From Lama guanicoe (lineage: Eukaryota), in the NCBI GenBank assembly GCA_013239625.1, contig MU053559.1, positions 1,751,003 through 1,815,002 of the forward strand: 64,000 nt of DNA. The letters run 5' to 3'. This document shows, piece by piece, positions 28,086 through 38,719 of the stretch. Within the stretch, counting starts at the first letter, position 1. Every line of letters begins with the position of its first letter. The notes under the pieces were generated by a model. That model worked only from the letters and a program-made list of their open reading frames with translations. It had not been told where the DNA came from and did not search any database. Made by a program: the position numbers and the translations under genes.

Positions 28086-30460
28086 ACCCCCCCCTTACTG
28101 GCAAGAAACCTTGGAAATCCTCTTAATTCAACCTCCACTTCTCATTGGTAAGAACACTAAAAGCCAAAAAGGTCAACTGTGCAGTAACCAGGAGAGCCAG
28201 GTTCTGATGCCTAGGTTCTCGTATCCTAAAATAAAAACTGATTTCTTATGAGCCAAGGAATGACTTGTTCCTGTCTTTCGGCCACACCTCACCTTGCAGG
28301 ACCAACCTCCTCTCCTGCCTCACCCGCCAGACTTGATGAGTCTTCATTTTTCCTAAACACCAAATCCACCATCAGCTGAGGGGGGGTCCTGCATAGGAAG
28401 GCAGCCCCAGGGGGGAGCTCCAAGAATGTCTTGATCAAAGGCAGCACTAACCTCACAAGGGGGCAGTAAGAATTTGGATGTGGATGTGTTTTAGGAATTT
28501 GAACAAAATTTGTTGACCAAGAAATTCTATGCAGGAACAAAGTTTAACAAATGCCTGGTTTTAGCAGTACAGACTGCTGTTTAAACAAGAGGTTACCTTT
28601 TCAGTGATTGTTATACATAAGCTGTTTGGGACACAGCGTCCTGATTAAAATGGAATGACTTTCAAAACGCTTTGGGATTTGGTGGTGGCTAGCCATTTCT
28701 TTGTTTGTTTGGATGATTTCCTTAGAAAGAAAGCTTTCTGATTGTTGGGGTTTAGGTTACAGTGCGTTTAACTCCTTTCCTAATTTCACGCAGAGGGTCC
28801 ATCTATCTTGTTAAGAACAAAGGCCAAGGTGTCTTAAATGCCTACAGGAATGAAATTTTTGTCCACAGTCACTATAATGATATATCCACAATGCCTATCT
28901 CAATGCATGGTCCCTGGAGATCCAGGCCCTTCCCTTCCCTGGAGTAGAGGTGTAACAGGCTTTTGGAAACTCATCAGTTGGTCAGTTACATTATCTTTCT
29001 AGGAACCAGGAATACAAGCATTTCATTAAATCCACTGGTTGGTGGTGACACCGTAAGCGCTGGGTAATTCCAGCAGAAATGTAGGAGGAAGGGCTCAGCC
29101 ACTAGAGTATGAAAGAGCCTAAAGCTTGTCCCCTGCAACCTTGCAAAGGAAGCCCCATCGGCTCTTCCAAAACAGCAGCCCCATAGTTACTGTCACCCAT
29201 ACAGAATCTAACTTCCTACCGGATGAAGACTGTGTCCTCTTAACCCTCCTCTCTATTCAGTTTCTTACCTCACCCCTGTCAGTGCTCAATAAATGTTAGT
29301 AAAAATGAAAACAAAAGTAAAAGTCTCTGGGAGATTGTCAGTTCTTAAAGCCATAAAATGCTGCAGCAATCTGTCCCGAAGAGGCATTCCCTCAGACCCG
29401 TGAAGGAGGGCCGGGGACCATTATGGTACTTACATCTGTAAATACAGGATTAGCAGACGAGAGGATGTTTTTGTTGAAATGTGACAAGTCACCCTGTGCC
29501 TTACCTTCCTCCATTCTGGAAATCAGGAAAGAACACAGACTTCCTAAGCAATTACAGAAACTAAGAAAACCACTTGATTGCGGGGAGAAAAATCAGTCAG
29601 CTTCCTAAATCGCTCTGAAATCCTGGCTCTATTAACAACAACAAAATCCATCTTCATTAACATCTTCAACTTTGTCCTCAGAGCTTCATCCCAGAGGAAT
29701 ACTGAATTACACTATAAAGTAATGAATGGAAACTTAAGTCACTTCCGCCCACCCGGCACTGCTTTTCCTCCTCTGGACTGCACAGTGCAGAAGGCTGCAC
29801 CCTTCCAACTCACACAATGTCGGGGGGGAAACGCATTCCCAAGCCACTAACTAGACTGGTGAGGTCAGCATCATGCAGAACAAACTCTTCCCTCAGCCCA
29901 ACCAACGGGTCATGGACTGATCCAGACAGTGAACACATTTCCAGATCATTTAAGCCCCATTTTGGCATTTTAGGCTATTAGGATATATACTTTACAGATA
30001 AAGGACAAACAAAAAAAAAACTAACCAAATGGACAGAGGTGATGTCTTTACACAAAGCTCCTTTTGCTGTCACAATCAAAACTGCTACTGCCAATCCAAG
30101 GTTCCATCTCTCAAGCGGATGGGGCAGAGTGGGGGAAGCCCAGCCCTGACGTCCAGTATGCACTAGAGGAAGCAAACCAGGCAGCTTTTGTGATTTGATG
30201 TGAAGGGGATATGGTCAAGTATCCTGCAAGTGCCTGCCACTGGGGGTGGAGGAGCCACCACACAAGCCGGGGGAAAGCAAAGTCCGTTGACGCCAATATA
30301 TCAGAGCCTGAGACACACACACGTGCAAAAACTATTGTAATAGAGGCCTGACTATGCCTGTATGCTTGGTAAATCCGAAGGAAAGCCTTGCAGTCTGCAC
30401 ATCAGAGAGGCAGAGGCAGAAAAGTGTTGAACCAGATTAGGGGTAGGTAGGATAAAAGTC

Positions 30461-30733
30461 AGTAATTTCCCCCTGAATCCTGCTTTTGGCTTTCTCGGTG
30501 CCTGCAAACACTGCTGCAAATGGCTTCCCCGCTGGACAGATTGGCATCGAGATAAAGTCATCATCATCCACCTCAAACGGTCCCCGAAATCCTGTATTTT
30601 TATGTCAATTTCCAGTCTCAAGATTGGATTATGACTTTCAAACCTTCTCTACTCTGCTCAGACCCCTGGTACCCCTCTTCCCTCTCCCACCCCCTCATTC
30701 TCAACAGAGGATCCTACGTCTTATTTCATAGAG
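30461..30733 (+). repeat. Copy A of ~270-bp direct repeat (L2-derived) in CHST7 intron
   Basis: Aligns to 33951-34229; 51/60 identities for 30481-30540 vs 33970-34029 by hand count. Confidence 0.88.
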
Positions 30734-30989
30734 GGGACTGGGAGTGCGGAGACCTGGGTTCCGCCTCCTCCATCTTTAACCTCTCGTTTCTCAGGGTCTT
30801 CCTCTGAGGAGGCAGGTGGCTAAGCTAAAAATCCCGATGACTCTCTCCAAATTCTCCCAGCTGGGCTTCCCCTCCCGCTCGGATCTATTTTGACAGGGTG
30901 AGATCCCAAGACGGCTTCCCTCCCCTTTCCCTGCAGGCTGATCCAAACTCCCCAAAGACCCTCTCTTGCCCCACCCTGCCCCGAGGCCA

Positions 30990-30998
30990 CCTTACCGG
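30990..30998 (-). other. CHST7: Splice donor ending CHST7 exon 1 (intron in 3'UTR)
   Basis: Minus strand CCG|GTAAGG, with GT at 30995-30994, 32 nt after the stop. Human CHST7 has a non-coding second exon (from memory). Confidence 0.7.
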
Positions 30999-31027
30999 GA
31001 TCCGTTCCCGGGGACGTGGGTCGGGGG

Positions 31028-32488
31028 CTACGTGGCGCCGTCGGCCTCCGTCTCCAGCGGCGTCTCCTCGTCCACGGAGGGCTGGTCGTCACCGTCTTCT
31101 CCGCTGCGAGGGTAAGCCAGCAGGCGCATGGCTGGGGCGCAGGCGGCCTCCACCTGACGCACCTGCTCTCGGCTCAGGCGCTCGCGCCAGGCGTGCACGG
31201 CCTCGCGGGCGTCGCGCGCCGACAGGTGGAAGGGCCGGTCGGCGCCGTAGGCCGCGCCGCGCGTCATGTTGAGCGCGAAGGCGTCGAGCGCGGCAAGCGC
31301 GCGGAGCCCGGCGAAGCGCTGCAGGCGCCGCAGCTGGGCGCGCGGCTGCCGCACCAGGTCCTCGTAGCGCAGCCTTAGGTAGCGGCGCCGCAGCCAGGCG
31401 GGCGCGCCGCGCGCGAAGAGCAGGTCGCGCAGCCAGGCCTCGCAGATCACCTCGAGCGCGCCGGTCAGGAAAAAGTCGGCGCGCGGCGCGGCGGGCAGGG
31501 CGCGGGACTGGCCCCCCGGGCGAGCGCCCACGCCGTGCGCCAGCAGCACGCGGTGGAAGCGGTCGCCCCTCTGGCGGGTGCGCAGCACCTGGATGCTCTC
31601 GCGCAGCAGCCCCTGCCGAGACTTGAGGCGCGAGTTGTGCACGGCCCGCGGGTCGCGGAAGAGCTGCACCACCTTCAGGTTGAGGCCGGGGTCGCGCAGC
31701 AAGGGCACCAGCACGCCCAGGTCGAGGAGGCGCACGTCCTTGATGACCACCACCGGATACTTACGGCACTCGGCCTCCAGGGCGCGGAGAGCCACGGGGG
31801 GGCAGCTGCGCTCGCAGGCGGCGTCCTCGACGAGACCGACCTCGGCGCGGGCCCGGGGCGCGCCGGGGCACAGCGGCGGCGAGCAGATAACCTTGTTGGT
31901 CCGCCAGCGGAAGAGGGCGGCCGTGGTGAGGTTGGCCGCGTCCGGAGCGCGCGCGGCAGGGTCCCCCGGCGGCGCGTACAGCCGCAGCACGGAGAAGTCG
32001 CAGCGGAAGAGCGAGCGCAGCATGTCGCGCAGCGCGCCCTGCAGGCTCTCGGCGTCGCCCGGATACAGCGCCTGCCACAGATGCCACATGGGCTCATACA
32101 AGTAGAAAACGTCCGGGTGCTGGTTAAAGAGCTCGCCCAGGAACGACGAGCCGGTGCGCCAGGTGGCGTGCACATAGATGTGCTGCTTTCCGTGAGACGC
32201 CGCCTCCCCGACGGCGCCGCTGAGGTTGCCCGGGGACCTGGGGGACCGGCCCGCGTCTCCCTCAGCGGCGGGCCGCGCCTCCGCACCCCGCTCGCGCTCG
32301 CCCGCCGCCGCCGCCTCCAGGCTCCACACTCCCAGGCTGCGCTGCAGGCCCGGGCAGTGCCCGGCGCCCTTGTCCCCGTCGCGGCCGCCGTCCCGAACGG
32401 AGGGGACGAGCAGCAGCACCAGCGTGTAGAGCACCAACAGCAGCGCGAACTTGCAGTACTCCCGGCGGCGCCGCCGCCGGCTCTTCAT
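31028..32488 (-). CDS. CHST7: Carbohydrate sulfotransferase 7 (GlcNAc6ST-4 / C6ST-2), 486 aa, CDS in a single exon
   Basis: Type II membrane N-terminus [28 protein letters not shown], 5'-PSB motif TWRTGSSF, 3'-PB motif [16 protein letters not shown]. Uninterrupted ORF; A at -3 of the ATG. Confidence 0.98.
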   Translation of the reverse strand: MKSRRRRRREYCKFALLLVLYTLVLLLVPSVRDGGRDGDKGAGHCPGLQRSLGVWSLEAAAAGERERGAEARPAAEGDAGRSPRSPGNLSGAVGEAASHGKQHIYVHATWRTGSSFLGELFNQHPDVFYLYEPMWHLWQALYPGDAESLQGALRDMLRSLFRCDFSVLRLYAPPGDPAARAPDAANLTTAALFRWRTNKVICSPPLCPGAPRARAEVGLVEDAACERSCPPVALRALEAECRKYPVVVIKDVRLLDLGVLVPLLRDPGLNLKVVQLFRDPRAVHNSRLKSRQGLLRESIQVLRTRQRGDRFHRVLLAHGVGARPGGQSRALPAAPRADFFLTGALEVICEAWLRDLLFARGAPAWLRRRYLRLRYEDLVRQPRAQLRRLQRFAGLRALAALDAFALNMTRGAAYGADRPFHLSARDAREAVHAWRERLSREQVRQVEAACAPAMRLLAYPRSGEDGDDQPSVDEETPLETEADGAT

Positions 32489-33950
32489 CGTTCACCGAAC
32501 CCCTCCAGAGCGGGTGGGGCACCCTTCCTCTCCCTTTCCTCTGAAATCCCGTTCCGAGTCCGCTCCTGCGGCCTCTTGGGGCTCCTCTGTGCCGGGAAGA
32601 GCGGAGGCACCCGGGCTGTGCATCCAGAAAGGGAAACTTGGAAGGCGGTGGTGCTATAGCGGCGGCACCCCTGCCCTCTCCCGGCTCGGCGATGGAGAGC
32701 CGCCTATTGGCCGGCTTGGCAGCCGCCCGCCCCGCCTTCAACCGGCAGCTTCTCCCCGCCTCCCTACCCGCCCGGGTTCGCCCGGGGCTCTGCCAGATCT
32801 GGGCGGGGTTGCCGAGGGGTGGGGTCGCCAGCTGGGGCGCACAGAGCCAGACCCCACCTTTCCCCAACCCCTCCGTCATGAAGTCAAGTCTTCATGAATT
32901 GATTTCAGGCAAGGGAGGGGCTCGTGTGTACAGAATGTACCCAGTGACAGGACGTGGACCCCACCCGGAGAACTCCACTGCCTCTGCTGTTTTATGTCCC
33001 CTGCCTGACCATCTCTTTCGTCAGCCGAGTCGCCTCCACGCTATTTAGAATGGGGCCCCTGGTCACTGTCTACATCCAGCGCCCCCGTCAGCCCCGGGAT
33101 GGGTGTTAACTAAGTTCTGGATGGGAGCACCTCTCCACTAGGATAAAAACTGACATTGCATAATGCATTGTGGTCCAGAGGACTTGGAAGCACTATCACG
33201 CAGCGCATTTAATTGTTAAAGTGTAGCGTTTGTGAAAATTTGTGCTGTGTTCCCTAGGGTTTTGCCCGCTGAAGACCATCCCCTCAGACACCCTGAAGAT
33301 CAGTTTACTCATTTGTAAAACTCGGATAGTTTTTAGTGCCTCCGTACCTCCTGGCAAAAGATTTTGGGGTCCTTGGTTAGTACAGCACAACCTAGCCTAT
33401 TATGACTCATCTGAGCAAAAGACAAACAGAATCAGAGTGGTAGAATGGTGGTATTTCTCAGGAGCTCATAAGGAGGAACATGTACTCAAGGGTGGATGAA
33501 AAAGTAACAGGAAGTTCAAGAGGCAGATTAAGCTGAAATGCCTGAAATCTGAAAGAGAACTAAAAAGGCCAATTTTTGCTCTGTTTCGGGAAGATAATGG
33601 ACATCCCCTTGGGGAGGGTATTGTAAGGTTAATGAGGCTAGAAAGCAAATCTCATCTCCACCCGGGGAAGGTGTTCAAACTGGAAAAATGAGAACATCTC
33701 CAAAGATCTTCTCTGGTCTTTTTCATCAGAGAAACGACTCCACCTCTGAAATCACTAGCTCAAGCATCTCGTTTTTGTCCACAGTGTCCTCTCCTTTCAG
33801 CCACTAGTTCAAATCATTTTCCAGCCTCATTGACCACTACCCCCACTTTCTTCTCGGTTTTTCATATTCAGCTAAAAGACCCCAGATCATTATTTTTAAT
33901 AACGCCTCTAACCTAAACTCCCTGGCCCTCTGTTTTTTCATTACTCACTT

Positions 33951-34229
33951 AGTAACATCCCCCAAACCCCGCTTTTGGCTTTCTCTGTGCCCGCAAACAC
34001 TAGTGCAAAAAGTTTCCCCGCAGGACAGATTGACATCAAGTTAAAGTCATAACATCAACTCAAATGGTCCCCGAAATCCTATGCTTTTCGTGTCAATTCC
34101 CAGTCTCAAGTTCAATTATGACTATTTCAAACCTTCTCTAAGGAGAGGTCTACTCTGTTACCCCTCTTTGCCCTCCACCCTCTCCCCACCCCATTCTCAA
34201 TGATGACCTTAACCTCCTACTTCACAGAG
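33951..34229 (+). repeat. Copy B of ~270-bp direct repeat, upstream of the CHST7 promoter
   Basis: Shares gcttttggctttctc, ggtccccgaaatcct and ttcaaaccttctcta with 30461-30733. Confidence 0.88.
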
Positions 34230-34489
34230 AAAATGAATTTGTCAGACAATCTCACTTTTCCACCACCAGACCCATTTATCCACTTACTTCTGTACCCACC
34301 TTCTCCTTTGTGGCAAGGATATTATTTTCCAGTATTAAACTGTAATGTTTTCCTTCCTTATGTTTTCCCTTCTCTCCTTTTTAAAGCAAGTAGGTGGCTC
34401 TGTGCTCACCTGCAGGGAGGTAATGTGGCTGGGCAGCATGCAAAAGTTTGCTGGTGTTTCTTTCCAAAAGCCTAAATTCCAGTAGTAGA

Positions 34490-35100
34490 GAGAGTGGTAG
34501 GTTTCAAAAAAAAATAACCTAACCGGAGAGTTTCCCCCTCCTCTCTCCATGTCCTTTGGCAGTGCCTTCCCACAATTGACTCTGGGATGGCCTTGTGACT
34601 TGCATTGGCCAATGGGACAGGAGCAAATATGACACAAGCAGAGACTTGGAAAAAAACCCCACTGTGGGGTTTGCCCCCTTGCTGCTCTTGAGAACCCTGA
34701 GATTGCCAAGTGAACAAGCCTGGGCTAGCCACATGGATCAGAGAATAAGCCACCCCAGCTGAGGCCCCCAGACCAACCAGCCTGCCAACTGCCACACAAA
34801 TGAGGGAGGCTATCTTAGACCAGTGCTTCTCAAACTTTAGCTGGGGATCCTGCCCAAATGCAGAAAGTGATTCATTAGGCCCCAGGTGGAGATAGAGAGT
34901 CTACATATCTAATAAGCTCCTGGCTGCTGCTGGTCTGAGGAGCGTGATTTGAAAAGATGCTACGCCCTCCAGCCCCAATCGAATTGACCCAAACAAGGAG
35001 AACCACTTAGCTGACCCACAGAGTTGTGAGAAATAATAGATGTGGGCTGTAAGATACTAAGTTTTAGGGGGTTGTTACGCAGCAAAAGCTAGCTGATACA
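34490..35100 (+). mobile_element. MLT1-family (ERVL-MaLR) LTR with nested MER5-like element at ~34820-34955
   Basis: gccttgtgacttgcattggccaatggga; end ggttgttacgcagcaaaagctagctgataca. Nested cagtgcttctcaaacttt. Confidence 0.7.
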
Positions 35101-35699
35101 GAGGCAGTCTGAGGGCTTCGAGAAAATATCTTGGAGAAGCAGAGGAAAGAGCAGCATCCCACTGGCCCCTCCCCTAGGCTGGGGGTGGGAGAAGGGAAAG
35201 AGAAAAGTCTGCTGCTGCACAACAGACAGCACCTGAGCTCTTCCTTGAGCTCTTCCTGGCTACGGGTCAAGGAAGAGTAGGACTCGAGGAGGGGGCGCCT
35301 GTATGGTTCATTTTGACAGATGGAAGGCAGCAGAAAGGTCACAGAGACAGTGATGCGGACATCTCAGGGGCAACTCTGTGGACCAAAACCTAATGATTTT
35401 AAGACCCCAGATCAATTGTACAGCCCTGAGGGTAGAGATACCCTAGAAATCACTGAGATCACTTGTCTGTCACCCCAGAAGACAGACAATTAACAAAAGC
35501 TACTTTCTACAAAGAGATTTTTATCACACCTAAGATAGTGAACCCGCCACCCCTTTTTTCTTCTTTCTGATATAATAGACACCAGCCCCCATCAATCACC
35601 ACTTCTCCTGCCTGTTAATTCAACCACACTCTTCAGCCAGATTATTCTCACCTGAGATGATTCTCATCTGCACATTAAACATACTTAAATGTCTCCTTT

Positions 35700-35905
35700 T
35701 TTAAATTGGAGTATAGTCAGCTTACAACGTTGTGTTAATTTCTGGTGTACAGAATGGTGATTCAGTTATATATATGTATATATTCCTTTTCATATTCTTT
35801 TTCATTATAGGCCATTACAAGGTGTTGGATATAGTTCCCTGTGCTATAAAGTAGGTCCTTGATGTTTATCTGTTTTATATATAGTAGTGTGTATCTGCAG
35901 ATCTG
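35700..35905 (-). mobile_element. Short L1 3'-end fragment
   Basis: ttggagtatagtcagcttacaacgttgtgttaatttctggtgtacag...atagttccctgtgctata. Confidence 0.85.
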
Positions 35906-35915
35906 CAGCATGCTC

Positions 35916-36044
35916 TTTCTTTTTTGGAGGAGGGGGGAGTAGTAATTAGGCTTATTTATTTATTTAATGGAGGTACTGGGGATTGAACCCAGGACCTTAT
36001 GTATGCTAGGCATGCACCCTGCCACTGAGCTATACCCTCCCCAC
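35916..36044 (-). mobile_element. tRNA-Ala-derived SINE (Vic-1 type)
   Basis: ggaggtactggggattgaacccaggacc...ccactgagctataccctcccc. Confidence 0.9.
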
Positions 36045-36543
36045 TCTCCTTTATTAAAAGCCCCATTGAGTCGCATTCTCCTCTAGCACAGCTGCTGCTA
36101 ATACATACAACACCTTTATGGGAATCAGAAGGTGTCCTCTCTGGGCAGATGAACTACAGAAAGGGGGCTGACCACATGGGAAAAAGCACGCCTTCCTTCA
36201 GACCACAGCCCCAGGACAAACTTCACAACTGCAATATGCAGAGCCTAGCCGGATTCCAGCCTGCACCGGTACCTTCCTGCCAGGCTTCCTCCCCACACCC
36301 TCGTCCTGCTGCCACCGGTTTCTCTGCCTGCTCCTCACAGCCCAACTTCTTCGTGGAGTTGTGTATACTTGTTCTCTCCCCGCTGTCATCTCCTCCTCCT
36401 TCTCAGCACCGTTCAATCTGGATTCCGACCCCGTATTTCTACATCAACAGCTCTTTCTAAGTTTATTGATGGCTTCCATGCTATTAAATCCAGGGAACAT
36501 TTTCACGTTTTGCCTATTTGACCTTTCAATAGCATTTACACTG

Positions 36544-36676
36544 TTTTGGTTTTTGTTGTTGTTGGGGGAAGGGAACTAGATTGATTGATTGATTAATAGA
36601 GGTACTTGGCGATTGAACCCCGGACCTCGTGCATGCTAAGCACTGCACTCTGCCACTTAGCTGTACCCTCCCCCCA
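36544..36676 (-). mobile_element. tRNA-Ala-derived SINE (Vic-1 type)
   Basis: gattgaaccccggacctcgtgcatgctaagc...gctgtaccctcccccc; degenerate TSD caa(t/c)agcat. Confidence 0.88.
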
Positions 36677-37289
36677 CAACAGCATGTATACTCTTCACAG
36701 CTGCCGAACTCACTCTCTTCTTTCAACTTTGATGACATCACTGTTCCCCGGCTTTCCTCCTGTTTCCTAGCTGCACCTTCAGAGCACAGCCCTTGGGAGA
36801 CTGGGCTCTGCAAAACAGGGACCCTAATAGTACCTACCCTACAGAGTTATTGTAAGAATTAAGTCTTATAATCTCAGTAGTTAGATATGGATGGAGCCCG
36901 AGTGTGTGACGTGGAGTAAGCTTCAAGCATTATGAGTTACTGTCATTGTTGTTGTCATGGGAGGCTCACCGTCCTCTGCCTGGTCAGTGTTAGAATTCCT
37001 TCAGGCTCAGCCCTAGGCCCTTTTTCTTCTCTATGGTTTCTTTAGTAACCCCAGATCGACATTTCTGGCCTAGACGTCTCCCTGGAGCTCCAAACCTAGA
37101 AATCCAGTTGCCTTCATTGATATTCCCTCTTGGTTGCCTCAAGTTTAATATATGAATGGGAAAACCATCTATTCTATTACGCAATCAGAAAATTAGGATT
37201 GGTCTCGGCACCTACCTCTTCCTTAGCCCCCTTTCTTCAATCCAATCCATCATCAAGTCAGGTTGATTTTACCTCCTTATAGCCCTTTA

Positions 37290-37418
37290 CTTCATTTTTA
37301 TTTGGGGGGGTAATTAGGTTTATTTGTTTATTTACTTTTAATGGAGGTACTAGGGATTGAACCCAGGACCTGGTGCATGCTAAGAATGTACTCTACCACT
37401 GAACTATACCCTCTCTCC
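37290..37418 (-). mobile_element. tRNA-Ala-derived SINE (Vic-1 type)
   Basis: taattaggttt...gggattgaacccaggacc...ctctaccactgaactataccc; degenerate TSD cctcc(t/c)tata. Confidence 0.88.
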
Positions 37419-38189
37419 CCTCCCTATATCTCTTTAATCCACTTACTTCTCTTCATTGCTCCTACCATCAGCCTAGCCCAAAAGAGCATCCTCTGTCCCC
37501 TAGAGCACTATAAAAACTGCCTCGCTGATCTGTTTCCACCCTGCTCTCCTTGGATTTGAAATCAGTGATTTAATTCCAGTCATGTCTCTCCTTTGCTTGG
37601 AGTCAGTCATGGCTTCCAGTTGCTCTTTGGGTAAAGACTCAAACCATTAAGGCTTGTAAATTGTGTGGTTAATGGGTCTTGAATGCCACAGCTGATTATG
37701 ATGTCAAGCATGTAGTAGATGCTCATTTAAGTATCTGTTGTCTGATTGACTTTACATTTGGTCTCTGAAAGCAAAACCACTGACTGTTTTTACTGAGGGA
37801 GTACTATTAGCAGAAATGACTTTCCAAAAATAGTCTTGCTGGTGTCCAGTGGATTGAGATGGAGGCAGGAAGATGTTTTGGGACAGAAGGGGAAGAGAAT
37901 TTCAAGTAGATGGCAGTAGGAAAGGAAGTGCTGGAGAAAGATTAAGGAGGCAGAATCTGCAGGCCTGACTGAGGAAAAAATGAGACCAACAGTTGGGCTG
38001 GAAAAAGAAAAAAATGATTCCTTTTGATCCATTTATTCTGCTATCTTTTCTCTTTTTTGTTAAGTTTCAAACATTATAAGCAGGGGTGCTAAAATTACAT
38101 CTTTAATACTTTAAAAATGCTGGGCGTGAAGACCAAACTTCCTCAAAAATGGCGGGACCTTTCCTTTGTATTTTTTTCATATCCTGATA

Positions 38190-38425
38190 TTTATTCAAAA
38201 ATATTTATCAGATGCAACCATGTGCCTGGGTTGTGCTGGGCTGAGGACACACATGGTGAGAAAAAACAGATCCTGTCCCTGCTCTCATGATCTTTTCAGC
38301 CTAGGAAAGGAGATCAGCTTTAACCAAATAAATCCCCCAGTGTGTGAATAACCCCATACTGAGCCAAGTGCTGTAAAGGAGAGGAACACAGTTTTGTGAG
38401 AGTATATAACAAAAATGCGTGCCTT
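38190..38425 (-). mobile_element. L2 3' fragment
   Basis: ttattcaaaaatatttatcagatgcaaccatgtgcctggg...gtccctgctctcatg. Confidence 0.65.
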
Positions 38426-38429
38426 AGAC

Positions 38430-38432
38430 TGT

Positions 38433-38475
<43 letters not shown>

Positions 38476-38480
38476 CGTGC
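38430..38480. repeat. (TG)n(CG)n compound microsatellite
   Basis: About 18 TG units followed by cgcgcgcgcg. Confidence 0.92.
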
Positions 38481-38519
38481 TTGCATGTACTAAAGACTTC
38501 CCAGAAGGGATTCTTTGTT

Positions 38520-38621
38520 TTTTTCAATTGAAGTATAGTCAGTTACAATATGTTAATTTCTGGTGTGCAGCATAACATTCCAGTCATGCATACATATACA
38601 TATATTTGTTTTCATATTCTT
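38520..38621 (-). mobile_element. ~100-bp L1 3'-end fragment with TSD
   Basis: caattgaagtatagtcagttaca...; flanked by ccagaaggga(t/c)tctt on both sides. Confidence 0.8.
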
Positions 38622-38719
38622 TTCCAGAAGGGACTCTTGAGCTGAGATCTGAACGTGGAGGGGTCCATTAAATGAGGTAGGACTGGAGTAGCAGAAGAGA
38701 ACTTGGCCAGTTCAAGAAA

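Larger units (their letters stand above)
30960..32900. promoter_or_regulatory. CHST7: CpG island covering the CHST7 promoter and CDS
   Basis: Very GC- and CpG-rich. CCAAT box on the minus strand (attgg 32706-32710); GC boxes at ~32722-32735 and 32801-32808. Confidence 0.88.
33830..37750 (+). mobile_element. Fragmented L2 LINE interrupted by younger repeats
   Basis: L2-like segments: tgaccttaacctcctacttcacagagaaaat (34204), tttgacctttcaatagcatttacac (36518), ctcctggagctccaaacc (37078); 3' end gtagtagatgctcatttaagtatctgttg (37712). Confidence 0.6.

Noticed and set aside
31535..32659. 374-aa plus-strand ORF and other ORFs overlapping CHST7
   Set aside because: Antisense or alternate-frame shadows of a very GC-rich CDS; non-ATG start and no recognisable domain.
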